NCBI GenBank assembly: GCA_963787205.1
Contig: CAWBCD010000014.1
Coordinates: 182,638-246,637 of the forward strand
From: an uncultured bacterium
GTDB lineage: Bacteria > Bacteroidota > Rhodothermia > Balneolales > DATFMH01
Length of the DNA stretch: 64,000 nt
Direction: 5' to 3'
The notes beneath the pieces were generated by a model. That model was not told where the DNA came from. It searched no databases and saw only the letters and a list, made by a program, of their open reading frames with translations. Each line of letters begins with the position of its first letter. Position 1 is the stretch's first letter. Both the position numbers and the translations under genes were made by a program. This document shows, piece by piece, positions 38,123 to 47,731 of this stretch.

Positions 38123-40600
38123 TCAGGTCGCCGATTCCACTTCGAGTGGCTGGACATCCCAAATCTCTTCGGCATAATCGAGTATGGTGCGGTCTGATGA
38201 AAATTTACCCATTCGTGCTGTGTTGTGTATAGCCCGTTTCCACCATTCATCAGGCTTCCTGTAAACCTTTTCAACCTCGGCCTGCATATCCAGATATTTC
38301 TGATAATCAGCCAGCACCATAAAATAGTCGTTCTCATTGAGCAAGGCATGGACAACCGGCTGGAACAGGTCAGGTTCGTTGGGACTGAAAAAGCCGCTTT
38401 GCAGTTGATCAATAGCTTTCTTCAGTTCTTCATTTTCTTCGTAGTAGATGTGTGAGTTGTAGCCTTCCCGCCTCATTCGCTCGATATCTTCGACAGTCAG
38501 ACCAAAGATGAAGATGTTTTCATCACCCACCTCTTCCTTGATCTCGATATTGGCACCATCAAGGGTTCCGATTGTAAGTGCACCGTTGAGAGCGAATTTC
38601 ATATTGCCGGTGCCGGATGCTTCCATCCCGGCTGTTGAGATTTGCTCGGAAAGATCCGCCGCAGGAATCATCAGTTCGGCAAGGGTGACACAGTAGTTGG
38701 GCAGAAACAGCACCTTCAGTTTTTTATTGACATCCGTGTCATGGTTAATCTTGTTGGCGATACTGTTGATCAGTTTGATATGAAGTTTTGCCATCGCGTA
38801 GCCTGGTGCTGCCTTGCCTGCAAACAAAATAGTTCGCGGCTGTACGTCGGCTTTTGGATTTTCCTTGATGCGGTTATACAGTGTGACAGCGTGAAGAGCA
38901 GCGAGAAGCTGGCGTTTGTATTCGTGAATCCGCTTGATCTGGATATCAAAGAGAGAATCGGGATCTACCGTTTCATTTACACGTCCCTTGATGTAGCGAG
39001 CCAGCCTTACCTTGTTTTCATGCTTTATATTAGCAAAATCCTTACGGAAACCAGCATCATCTGCCAGCTTGTCTATTTTCTTGAGTTCGTCAAGATCCGT
39101 GACCCAGTTCTCCCCGATACATTTTGTGATCGCATCGGCTAGCAGGGGATTACACTGTTTCAACCAGCGACGGGGAGTAATACCATTCGTTTTGTTCGTG
39201 AACCGGTCCGGCCACAGGTCGTTGTAGTCGCTGAAGAGTGTTTTTTTCAGCAGCTTGGAATGCAGAGCCGAAACCCCGTTGATTTTATGAGACCCCACAA
39301 TCCCCAAAGTTGCCATCTGAACGCTGGGTTGTTCTCCTTCGCTGATGATGGACATACGCCGGATGCGGTTAATATCCTCACCTAGTTCTGTCCTGACCTT
39401 GTTTAGAAACCGGTTGTTAATCTCATAGACGATTTGAAGGTGTCTTGGCAGAATATTGCGAAGCAGGTGAACAGGCCATTTCTCCAGCGCCTCCGGCATA
39501 AGGGTATGGTTCGTGTAGGCCATCGTTTTGACCGTAATCTCCCAGCTAACATCCCACCCAAGCTGTTCCTCATCCATGAGGATCCTCATGAGTTCGGGTA
39601 TGGCGAGGTTAGGGTGTGTATCATTACACTGAATAGCCACTTTCCCCGGAAACTTACGCCAGTCGTCATGCATCTTTTTGAAACGACGAATGATATCACG
39701 CAGCGTGGCGGCCACCAGGAAGTATTCCTGTTTTAACCGGAGTTCCTGGCCCACGAATACTTTGTCGTTGGGATAGAGCACACGGGAGATATTCTCCTGA
39801 AGTTCTGCATCACGAATGGCGTTAATATAGTCTCCTTGGTTGAAGACGTGCAGATCGATATGTTTCGAAGACTCGGCTTTCCAGAGACGCAGGTTGTTCA
39901 CAACTGCATTTTTAAAACCGGGTACCGGGAAATCGTAAGCCTGGGCAATGACCGTATCCGTATTGATCCACCGGTATCGCAAATTGCCGTCTTCATCGGT
40001 GTAGGCATTTGATTCTCCATAAAAATGGACAGGGTAGTTTATTCGTGGTCGGACAATATCCCACGGAGTGCCATATTCCTGCCAAAGATCAGGCGACTCA
40101 ATCTGGTATCCATCGATGATCTTTTGATAGAAGATGCCGAAGTCGTACCGGATCCCATAACCGTATCCGGGGATACCAAGACTAGCCATTGAATCGAGGA
40201 AACATGCGGCCAGACGCCCTAACCCGCCGTTGCCAAGCCCGGCGTCCCATTCGCTTTCCTTGAGCTTGTCGTAATCGATGCCCATGTTGCCCAGTGCCTC
40301 GTGTGCTACGTCTTTCAATCCCAGATTGATGAGTGCATTGTCGAGCATGCGACCCAGTAGATATTCCATGGACAAATAGTATACCCGTTTTGCATCAGCC
40401 TGATAGTATCGCTGCTGTGTATTGATCCAGCGGTGATTCAGCCGGTCCATAACAGCAAAGACGAGACTGCGATACTGGTCCCAGTCCGTCGCCGAGTATT
40501 GGTCTTTAGCAAGTGTGTAGTGAAGGTGGTTTTCTATATCGTGTTGAAAGGCATTGACATCCATTCCAATGCGATCGCTTCCGTTTTGTGCCTGTTCCAT
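38123..40600 (-). CDS. glgP: Glycogen/maltodextrin phosphorylase
   Basis: 825 aa. PLP-lysine signature EASGTGNMKFALNGALTIGTLDGAN and LGNGGLGRLAACFLDS motif. Confidence 0.95.
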   Translation of the reverse strand: MEQAQNGSDRIGMDVNAFQHDIENHLHYTLAKDQYSATDWDQYRSLVFAVMDRLNHRWINTQQRYYQADAKRVYYLSMEYLLGRMLDNALINLGLKDVAHEALGNMGIDYDKLKESEWDAGLGNGGLGRLAACFLDSMASLGIPGYGYGIRYDFGIFYQKIIDGYQIESPDLWQEYGTPWDIVRPRINYPVHFYGESNAYTDEDGNLRYRWINTDTVIAQAYDFPVPGFKNAVVNNLRLWKAESSKHIDLHVFNQGDYINAIRDAELQENISRVLYPNDKVFVGQELRLKQEYFLVAATLRDIIRRFKKMHDDWRKFPGKVAIQCNDTHPNLAIPELMRILMDEEQLGWDVSWEITVKTMAYTNHTLMPEALEKWPVHLLRNILPRHLQIVYEINNRFLNKVRTELGEDINRIRRMSIISEGEQPSVQMATLGIVGSHKINGVSALHSKLLKKTLFSDYNDLWPDRFTNKTNGITPRRWLKQCNPLLADAITKCIGENWVTDLDELKKIDKLADDAGFRKDFANIKHENKVRLARYIKGRVNETVDPDSLFDIQIKRIHEYKRQLLAALHAVTLYNRIKENPKADVQPRTILFAGKAAPGYAMAKLHIKLINSIANKINHDTDVNKKLKVLFLPNYCVTLAELMIPAADLSEQISTAGMEASGTGNMKFALNGALTIGTLDGANIEIKEEVGDENIFIFGLTVEDIERMRREGYNSHIYYEENEELKKAIDQLQSGFFSPNEPDLFQPVVHALLNENDYFMVLADYQKYLDMQAEVEKVYRKPDEWWKRAIHNTARMGKFSSDRTILDYAEEIWDVQPLEVESAT

Positions 40601-40732
40601 ATAAAAATTTTTGCTTACTTAAACGTTATCAGCAAAATAAGTACAATATTGTTTTTACAGTAAAAGATAATGATTTAGAATCTGGTAGAAAGTTATGATT
40701 TCCCGTGAATAATCATGCAAAATAGTAAGGGG

Positions 40733-41611
40733 TCAGACCAATTCATAGATATTAGAGTCAGGATCAAAATCCGGTGCAGTCATTTTTACCTGTATCCCGG
40801 CATCCAGAAATCCACGTAGTGATTGATTGGCAACGAATTCCTGTTCGAAAAGGCCATACACAGCCGAGCCGCTTCCGCTCATCAGAGCGAACGAGGCGCC
40901 ATCTTCATACAACTGATCCTTCACGTTGCCGACCATTGGATGTAAAGCAACGACTGGCGGTTCCAGATCATTCGTCAGCAGATAATGCCATTCATCAATC
41001 GGTTCATTTTGCAGAACGTTGACCAGATCAAAATCATGCATGCTATTTGGTTCACAATAGCGATATGCTTCTGCTGTAGAGCTGTGAATGCCGGGATATA
41101 CGATGATGATCCAGTAATTCGGCTGGATGTCAATGGGATACAGATCAGTACCGGTGCCTGTTCCAATTGCAGTCTTATTGTAAATGAATAACGGTATGTC
41201 GGAACCGAGTGTCGCTCCTAATTCAGCAAGTTCCGAATCAGAAAGGTGATGACCTTCTAACCGGTTTAGCAGCCGTAAGGTCAATGCGGCGTCACTGCTG
41301 CCGCCTCCAAGTCCGGCACCCGCGGGAATCTGTTTTTCAACTGTGATGTGCCAGCGCGACTTCAACCCCACCTCCAGATCAAACAATTCGACAGCCCGGT
41401 TCACCAGGTTACCGGGACCCGGTTCGATATCGGTGTTTTTCATTTCTATGCGATGTCGATCCGCCTCTTGCACTTCGAAACGATCACTCCAGTCGATGAA
41501 TGCAAAACCTGTCGTGATATCGTGATAGCCGTTATCAAGCCGGGCATTAACATGTAACCCGAGGTTGATTTTAGCATACGCCCGCGCTGTCCATTTAGTA
41601 TTCTGTAACAT
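40733..41611 (-). CDS. ispE: 4-diphosphocytidyl-2-C-methyl-D-erythritol kinase
   Basis: AYAKINLGLHV N-terminus and the GHMP kinase motif IPAGAGLGGGSSDAA. Confidence 0.9.
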   Translation of the reverse strand: MLQNTKWTARAYAKINLGLHVNARLDNGYHDITTGFAFIDWSDRFEVQEADRHRIEMKNTDIEPGPGNLVNRAVELFDLEVGLKSRWHITVEKQIPAGAGLGGGSSDAALTLRLLNRLEGHHLSDSELAELGATLGSDIPLFIYNKTAIGTGTGTDLYPIDIQPNYWIIIVYPGIHSSTAEAYRYCEPNSMHDFDLVNVLQNEPIDEWHYLLTNDLEPPVVALHPMVGNVKDQLYEDGASFALMSGSGSAVYGLFEQEFVANQSLRGFLDAGIQVKMTAPDFDPDSNIYELV

Positions 41612-41930
41612 TCAGACTGGAATTTACCTTACCCATTTGTTGATGAACACCCTGACAGGGTGAAAGAATCAGAAAATAGGCAGTAATGCTGAAAATTGCC
41701 CGAGTTGAAAAGTTTCGAATATTCAGTGTCTATGAAGTCGGAAGGACTCAATTCCTTAGTATGACTCCATAAGAGTGTATCGAAAGGTCTGCGCAAGCAG
41801 AAATGCAGGCGTGCATAATAAAATGATGAGTAACAGTATCTTTATTCATAATCGCCCCTTATTGGCAAGAAAAAACAGTAGACAGTTATCAGTAAGCAGT
41901 ACCAATTGTAGGTCGGACAGCCTGTCCGAC

Positions 41931-43397
41931 CTACATCATCCATTCGTTCTTATGCTCCAGCATGTAGGTGTAGGCGGCATCGTGGTCGTTGGGCACATCA
42001 CCATTCAGAATGGCTTCTTCAATCTCTTTTTTGATTTTGCCGACTGCGGGACCGGGCTTTAAGCCAAAGGCTTTCATGATCTCGTCTCCGTTGATCGGGG
42101 GCTGCCAGTTGCGGAGGCGATCCTTTTCCTCTACCTCATGAATCTTTCTCTCGACATCATCAAAGTTTTTCAGGTAACGGCGGACTTTCCGGTCGTTTTT
42201 ACTGGTGATGTCAGCACGGCAGAGTTGCATGAGATCGTTTAGATACTTGCCCGCTTCCACGATCAACCGGCGAATGGCACTGTCGGTAACTTCTTCATTG
42301 GCAAGTGCTATCGGACGCAAATGAAGTCGAACCAGTTTAGAGACATACCGCATGCGTTCATCAAGTGGGAGTCCGAGACGCCGGAAGATGCGTTTTGTCC
42401 ATTTGGCACCCAGGGCATCATGACCGTGAAATGTCCATCCCTGCTGTTCGTCAAATCGTTTAGTGGCCGGTTTGGCGATATCGTGCATGATGGCGGCCCA
42501 TCTCAGCCACAGATCATTCGATTTCTCCGAGATATTATCGAGCACCTGAAGTGTGTGCCAGAAATTATCCTTGTGACCAATCCCATTGATCTCCTCGGCC
42601 CCCTGCAGGTTATTCAATTCCGGAAAGATATGGGGGAGCAAGCCCGTCTTATAAAGCAAACCGAAACCAATTGATGGCTTGTCAGCCATAATAATCTTGT
42701 TGATCTCATCGATAATCCGCTCTTTGGAGACGATCGTAATGCGCTCCGCCATTTCAGCGATAGCATCCAGAGTGGCTTGCTCAATCCTGAAATCAAGCTG
42801 GGCAGCAAAACGGATGGCACGGAGCATCCGCAGCGGATCATCGTCAAAGGTCCTTCGCGGATCGACGGGTGTTCGGATGAGGCGATCTTTTAAATCTTCG
42901 ACACCACCAAATGGATCCAGTAACAAACCAAAATCTTCCTTATTAAGTGACCAATAAAGCGCGTTAATCGTAAAATCACGCCGCCTCTGATCATCTTCAA
43001 GCGTGCCATCCTCTACAATTGGCTTTCTGGAATCGCGTCGATAGCTTTCTTTACGGGCACCGACGAATTCAAGGATCAGATCCGGTATTCTGATCTGTGC
43101 GGTACCAAACTGTTTGAAAACGGAGAGGCTGCAATTTTCTAGTTTCTTACTCAGTTTCTGTGCAAAACGTACACCAGGCCCGACAGTGACAAGATCGATC
43201 TCAGGGGTTTCTTTGACATCGAGACGGTCCAGGTAGTAATCACGCACATAGCCACCAACAACGTAAACAGGTTGATTCAGCTCGGCGGCCGTTTCCGATA
43301 TGAGATGGAAGAGGGTGATATGTTGCTGGTCGATATCCAAGCCTGAAAGTCTGGGAACAGAGCCCGGTTGCTTAGTCTCGATTGCGTTTCGAGTCAT
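41931..43397 (-). CDS. CCA-adding tRNA nucleotidyltransferase / poly(A) polymerase family protein with an HD domain
   Basis: VVGGYVRDYYL...DLVT nucleotidyltransferase head, RRDFTINAL, and an HD region (AAIMHDIAKP). Confidence 0.8.
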   Translation of the reverse strand: MTRNAIETKQPGSVPRLSGLDIDQQHITLFHLISETAAELNQPVYVVGGYVRDYYLDRLDVKETPEIDLVTVGPGVRFAQKLSKKLENCSLSVFKQFGTAQIRIPDLILEFVGARKESYRRDSRKPIVEDGTLEDDQRRRDFTINALYWSLNKEDFGLLLDPFGGVEDLKDRLIRTPVDPRRTFDDDPLRMLRAIRFAAQLDFRIEQATLDAIAEMAERITIVSKERIIDEINKIIMADKPSIGFGLLYKTGLLPHIFPELNNLQGAEEINGIGHKDNFWHTLQVLDNISEKSNDLWLRWAAIMHDIAKPATKRFDEQQGWTFHGHDALGAKWTKRIFRRLGLPLDERMRYVSKLVRLHLRPIALANEEVTDSAIRRLIVEAGKYLNDLMQLCRADITSKNDRKVRRYLKNFDDVERKIHEVEEKDRLRNWQPPINGDEIMKAFGLKPGPAVGKIKKEIEEAILNGDVPNDHDAAYTYMLEHKNEWMM

Positions 43398-43468
43398 CGG
43401 TCAATGTGACGTTAGTTCACGCACCTCACTGGAAGGTACGTTATCCTGTTATTCGATTTGCTGCAGAT

Positions 43469-44464
43469 TTATTTTACGATGGAATGATCACCTATGTGAA
43501 GCGTTCCTACATACCTGAAAACAGAGGTATGGTTGCCAACGGTCGCTTCGTCGAGCTTCGATTGTACGATCTGGCTATGGTCAAGAATCACACTTTTGGT
43601 CACCGTGCTGTCTGTAATGGAAGTGTTCGGTCCCACGCTTGTATACGGACCAATCGTTGAGTTCCTGATGGATACATCCTTGCCGATATAAACGGGAGCG
43701 ATTATCTTCGAATTAGGATATTTGCTAGCATCAAAAGGCGGGTTTTCCTTTTCAAGGATAATCCGCGTGGTCTCCGACCAGGCTTCGATAGTGCCGCAGT
43801 CGAGCCATTCGTCAACAGTAGCTACTTTAAAGTGTTTGCCGTCTTTCAGAAGGCGATCCAGTGCATCGGTTAGCTGATACTCATTTCCATGGCCTGTGAC
43901 ATTATGTTGGAGCAGATACTCGATTTCCTTCTTCAGATATTTACCCTCCTTAAAATAATAGACTCCGATAATCGCCAAATCAGAAATAGGTTCGCTTGGT
44001 TTCTCGACAAAATCGGTGATGGTTTCACCCTGGTGTACCGCCACGCCGAAACGGGAGGGATCATCTACCTTTTTCAGCCAGATGACACTGTCGGCATCCT
44101 CGAGCGATACGCTGCCTTTGGTATCAAAAAGAGTATCTGCAAAAACGATAATGACTTCGCCCTCAAGGGAATCGGCAGCGCAATAAACGGCATGTGCCGT
44201 TCCAAGCGCTTCATCCTGCGTGTAAAAGGTTGCTTTGGCACCGTGGCGTTCACTCAATTTGGTCAGATCATGCTTGACCTCATCCCCAAAATCTCCTAAA
44301 ACAAATACATACTCATCAATAGTACGCTCGAGTGTGCGGTCAAAAGTCTGGATGATGCGCTCAACAATGGAAGTACCGGCAACAGGAAGCAGGGGCTTCG
44401 GTGTTGTATGGGTATGTGGTCGAAGACGGGTTCCCTTGCCTGCCATTGGAATAATTAATTTCAT
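43469..44464 (-). CDS. Sugar-phosphate nucleotidyltransferase with a C-terminal left-handed beta-helix
   Basis: IIPMAGKGTRLRPHTHTTPKPLLPV signature. The C-terminal hexapeptide-like repeats (IGKDVSIRNSTIGPYTSVGPNTSITDSTV) resemble long RmlA/GlmU-type enzymes. Confidence 0.75.
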   Translation of the reverse strand: MKLIIPMAGKGTRLRPHTHTTPKPLLPVAGTSIVERIIQTFDRTLERTIDEYVFVLGDFGDEVKHDLTKLSERHGAKATFYTQDEALGTAHAVYCAADSLEGEVIIVFADTLFDTKGSVSLEDADSVIWLKKVDDPSRFGVAVHQGETITDFVEKPSEPISDLAIIGVYYFKEGKYLKKEIEYLLQHNVTGHGNEYQLTDALDRLLKDGKHFKVATVDEWLDCGTIEAWSETTRIILEKENPPFDASKYPNSKIIAPVYIGKDVSIRNSTIGPYTSVGPNTSITDSTVTKSVILDHSQIVQSKLDEATVGNHTSVFRYVGTLHIGDHSIVK

Positions 44465-44625
44465 GCGTCACGTCTTTTTTTCAAGGTTGATATTTCGGCT
44501 GTAAAGATACTATAACTTGTTATATTAAGCGACTACCGGCGCAACCGCCAACGCAGGAAGAACGTATATTCGTTCAGCATCACAGGTGACATCTCACCAC
44601 CATAAGTCAAAATAACGGAATCTAC

Positions 44626-46269
44626 ATGCTCTCGAGCTGGTACATCACATTTATAGATATTCTCGATATTCTTTTCATTCTGGTCATGACGCGCCGCATG
44701 ATCTACCGCGGCCGAATGCTCCTGCATACGTTTCAGTTATCGGGATATAAAATTCGCGAATTCTGGCACTGGCTGAAAAATCACTGGATGGACCATGTTA
44801 TCTCGCTCGAACAGGGACTGATGGACCTGGTAGTTATGGTTGCCTTTACGTTTTTTCGCTCGAAAATAACCGAGTCCGCGATAACTGTTATTTTGCTGAT
44901 ATTCACGTTGGTTTGGATGGGACCGGTAAGTGAGTTCCGGAGGAAACAAAAAAAGCCCCTTGTGTTTACCTCCCGGATGTCCCGCCTTGCCATTCTATTC
45001 GCCATCCTGGCTGCCATCCTTCCGGTCTATGGTACGATTCTGACATTGACTAACAGCAGCTTGTACCTTGACATCTATACCCTGGGACTTACCTGGATTC
45101 AAGCTGATATCCTGCTGCCATTCTGGCTCCTTTTGGCCGGTTTTATCATGATGCCGTTCGAGCATTACGTGCATAACCAGTTCAAGCAGATGGCCCGTAA
45201 AAAACTGGCGTCAATGCCGAATCTGATGATTATTGCTATCACTGGGAGCTACGGGAAGACGTCAACCAAGTTCATGATTCGTGATCTTCTGAAGGAGCGA
45301 TATAATGTGCTGGCCACGCCCGGCAGTTATAACACGCCGATGGGTATTTGTAAAGTGATTAACCAGGATCTGCAGGCATCGCACCAGATTCTGGTGCTTG
45401 AGATGGGTGCCCGGTACAGGGGGAATATCCGGGAATTATGCGAAATCGCCCGTCCCAATATTTCCGTGGTCACAAACATCGGACTGGCGCATCTGGAGAC
45501 GTTTGGTTCACAGGAAGGTATCCGGGAGACCAAATCGGAGATCGTGCAGTATATGAAACAGAAGGGCACCGTGGTTCTCAATGCCGATGACCCGCTGGTG
45601 ATGACGATGGCCGATATCCGGGATGATGCAACGATCCTGACTGCCGGTTTCGAAAACGGGGATTTTAAGGCGGATCAGATCAGGTATGATCAAAACGGGT
45701 GCACGTTCCGGGTGACAGATCCTGAACAACAAAGTGTGGAAGTAAGACTTCAGTTACTCGGCAAACACAATGTGCACGACCTGCTGCTGGCCATGACAGT
45801 TGGTCATCACCTTGGACTGAGGCTCCGGACGATGGTAGTGGCAGCTTCGAACATTCAGCCCGTAGAGCACCGTCTGCAACTTAAACAACAGGACGGCATC
45901 ACAATCCTCGATGATGCTTTTAACTCAAACCCCGTTGGCGCCAGAAATGCCGTTGATATCCTGGCACAGTTTAACGGTGGCCGCCGCATCCTGATAACGC
46001 CCGGAATGGTGGAACTGGGAGAAGCAGAATACGAGGAAAACAAAAACTGGGGCAGTTTTATTGGTACGAAAAACCTGGATCTGGTCGTGCTGGTTGGTCC
46101 GGAACGAACCAAGCCTATTCATGACGGATTGAAACAGGAGGGTTTTGATGGCGAACGCGTACGGGTGGTGAAATCACTTTTTGCAGCCAACGAGATCATC
46201 AGTGAGTTTGCCCAGAAGGGCGATACGATCCTGTATGAGAACGATTTGCCGGATACGTATAACGAGTAA
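44626..46269 (+). CDS. Mur-ligase family protein (MurF-like central and C-terminal domains) with an N-terminal region of about 190 aa containing multiple predicted TM helices
   Basis: P-loop IAITGSYGKTSTK at about residue 205, and DDAFNSNP in the C-terminal domain. About five hydrophobic segments precede the ligase core, in place of the usual soluble MurF N-domain. Confidence 0.75.
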   Translation: MLSSWYITFIDILDILFILVMTRRMIYRGRMLLHTFQLSGYKIREFWHWLKNHWMDHVISLEQGLMDLVVMVAFTFFRSKITESAITVILLIFTLVWMGPVSEFRRKQKKPLVFTSRMSRLAILFAILAAILPVYGTILTLTNSSLYLDIYTLGLTWIQADILLPFWLLLAGFIMMPFEHYVHNQFKQMARKKLASMPNLMIIAITGSYGKTSTKFMIRDLLKERYNVLATPGSYNTPMGICKVINQDLQASHQILVLEMGARYRGNIRELCEIARPNISVVTNIGLAHLETFGSQEGIRETKSEIVQYMKQKGTVVLNADDPLVMTMADIRDDATILTAGFENGDFKADQIRYDQNGCTFRVTDPEQQSVEVRLQLLGKHNVHDLLLAMTVGHHLGLRLRTMVVAASNIQPVEHRLQLKQQDGITILDDAFNSNPVGARNAVDILAQFNGGRRILITPGMVELGEAEYEENKNWGSFIGTKNLDLVVLVGPERTKPIHDGLKQEGFDGERVRVVKSLFAANEIISEFAQKGDTILYENDLPDTYNE

Positions 46270-46350
46270 AGGGAGAATGGAAATTAGAGAATTAGAAATT
46301 GGATGAACTCACGCGAGCAACACGGCGAGCCGAAACGCCATTACGAAACT

Positions 46351-46374
46351 GGTTCAGGCGTCATCGCCTGAACC
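46351..46374. terminator. Hairpin between convergent genes (possible bidirectional terminator)
   Basis: Perfect 10-bp stem GGTTCAGGCG-tcat-CGCCTGAACC. The flanking U-tracts are weak. Confidence 0.4.
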
Positions 46375-46399
46375 AAAGCATAAACACACCTAATTTCTC

Positions 46400-47638
46400 C
46401 TACTCATACCTCACTGCTTCAGCCGGTTCCACCCATGAGGCACGAAGTGCTGGATACCAGCTTGCCAGCATGCAGAGGATGAGGCTGCCGCCGAGGACCA
46501 TGGCAATATCCGTCCACTGGACGGCTACCGGGTAGTACTGGATGATAAACGAGCCCGATCCTGCCAGTTTCACCAAACCGTAATGTTTTTGCAGCCAGCA
46601 GATTACCAGGCCCAGGATACCACCGAGTCCGCAACCCATGATTCCGATGTAAAATGCCTGGCGGACAAAGATGCGCTTGATCATTTTTCGCGTGTAACCA
46701 ATAGACAACAACACTCCGATATCCCGCCGCTTTTGTATAACCAGCATGGTAAGCGAGCCAATAATGTTCAGGACGGCTACCAAAACTATGATCATGAGAA
46801 TACCATAACCTGCCCATTTCTCGAGACTCATTACATCATATAGAGGTTTCTGGAGATCATACCATGTTTCGATCTGGTATTTGCTGCCTAGCGTCTTTTC
46901 CAACGATTGCTTGACCAGTGCGGCCTGATCGTGGTTTTTTAATTCGATATCGATTCCCGATATCTTATTTCGATAGTGAAAAAGCCGTTGCGCAGCATAG
47001 AGATCGATATACACTTGAGGTTCATTAACAATTTCATTCAAACTGTAAACACCACGAACCTGAAAATGATATCCGTGCGGTCCGGCGAATTCGGTCAGAG
47101 CCTTTTCCATGCCTGCAGAACTCATCAGGGCCACGTCATCGTTAAGAGAGAGACTGAGCTGACCAAACAATCGTTGCGGGATCAGGAGACCGGGCCGGCC
47201 GTTTTGGACACTCAGGTTAAAAACTCCCGATGTTACGCTGCCGGGATGGTTTCTGATTGGAAAGAACAGGTTGGGATGTATCCCTTTAACCGTAACGACC
47301 TGTTCCTGGTTGTTACCATTAGACCCTATGATCAGGCATTTGCCTTGAACATAGGGCGAAATAGAAACGACATCTGCGCTGTTGGCAATCTCGTTATGAA
47401 GGCTGTCGGAATAAGTAAAAGCAGGGGCTGTAGCCGACTCGATTCGTATATCCGGATCATTTGTGAGGAGGAGCCCTTTGACAAGATCATAAAAACCGTT
47501 AAATACAGATAAGACGATGATCAATAAGGCAGTGCCTATGGTGATGCCACCGACACTGATCAGGGTCAGGGTGGAGACGAGTGAAACGTGTTGCCTGGAA
47601 AACAGATAACGGCGTGCAATGAAACCAATACCTTGCAT
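46400..47638 (-). CDS. LolC/LolE-family lipoprotein-releasing ABC transporter permease (FtsX/MacB type)
   Basis: FIARRYLFSRQHVS N-terminus, a large periplasmic loop, and a C-terminal FtsX-like 3-TM bundle. Confidence 0.85.
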   Translation of the reverse strand: MQGIGFIARRYLFSRQHVSLVSTLTLISVGGITIGTALLIIVLSVFNGFYDLVKGLLLTNDPDIRIESATAPAFTYSDSLHNEIANSADVVSISPYVQGKCLIIGSNGNNQEQVVTVKGIHPNLFFPIRNHPGSVTSGVFNLSVQNGRPGLLIPQRLFGQLSLSLNDDVALMSSAGMEKALTEFAGPHGYHFQVRGVYSLNEIVNEPQVYIDLYAAQRLFHYRNKISGIDIELKNHDQAALVKQSLEKTLGSKYQIETWYDLQKPLYDVMSLEKWAGYGILMIIVLVAVLNIIGSLTMLVIQKRRDIGVLLSIGYTRKMIKRIFVRQAFYIGIMGCGLGGILGLVICWLQKHYGLVKLAGSGSFIIQYYPVAVQWTDIAMVLGGSLILCMLASWYPALRASWVEPAEAVRYE

Positions 47639-47731
47639 AATCGGTGTTATATTATAGCACTGGCAAATTTGCCATCTTAAAAATAGCGTGTATTATTATT
47701 ATTTTGAACAATTTGAAAACGGGGTAACAGA

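Noticed and set aside
38642-39142. 166-aa ORF antisense to glgP, and similar ORFs at 38104-38412, 39434-39736 and 40433-40663
   Set aside because: These are shadow ORFs within glgP.
41775-42062. 95-aa ORF in the ispE / CCA-enzyme spacer
   Set aside because: It runs into the 3' end of the CCA-enzyme gene on the opposite strand and has no recognisable features.
46976-47512. 178-aa plus-strand ORF and 132-aa minus-strand alternate-frame ORF (46419-46817) inside the lolC/E permease gene
   Set aside because: They overlap a confident permease gene and have no independent support.
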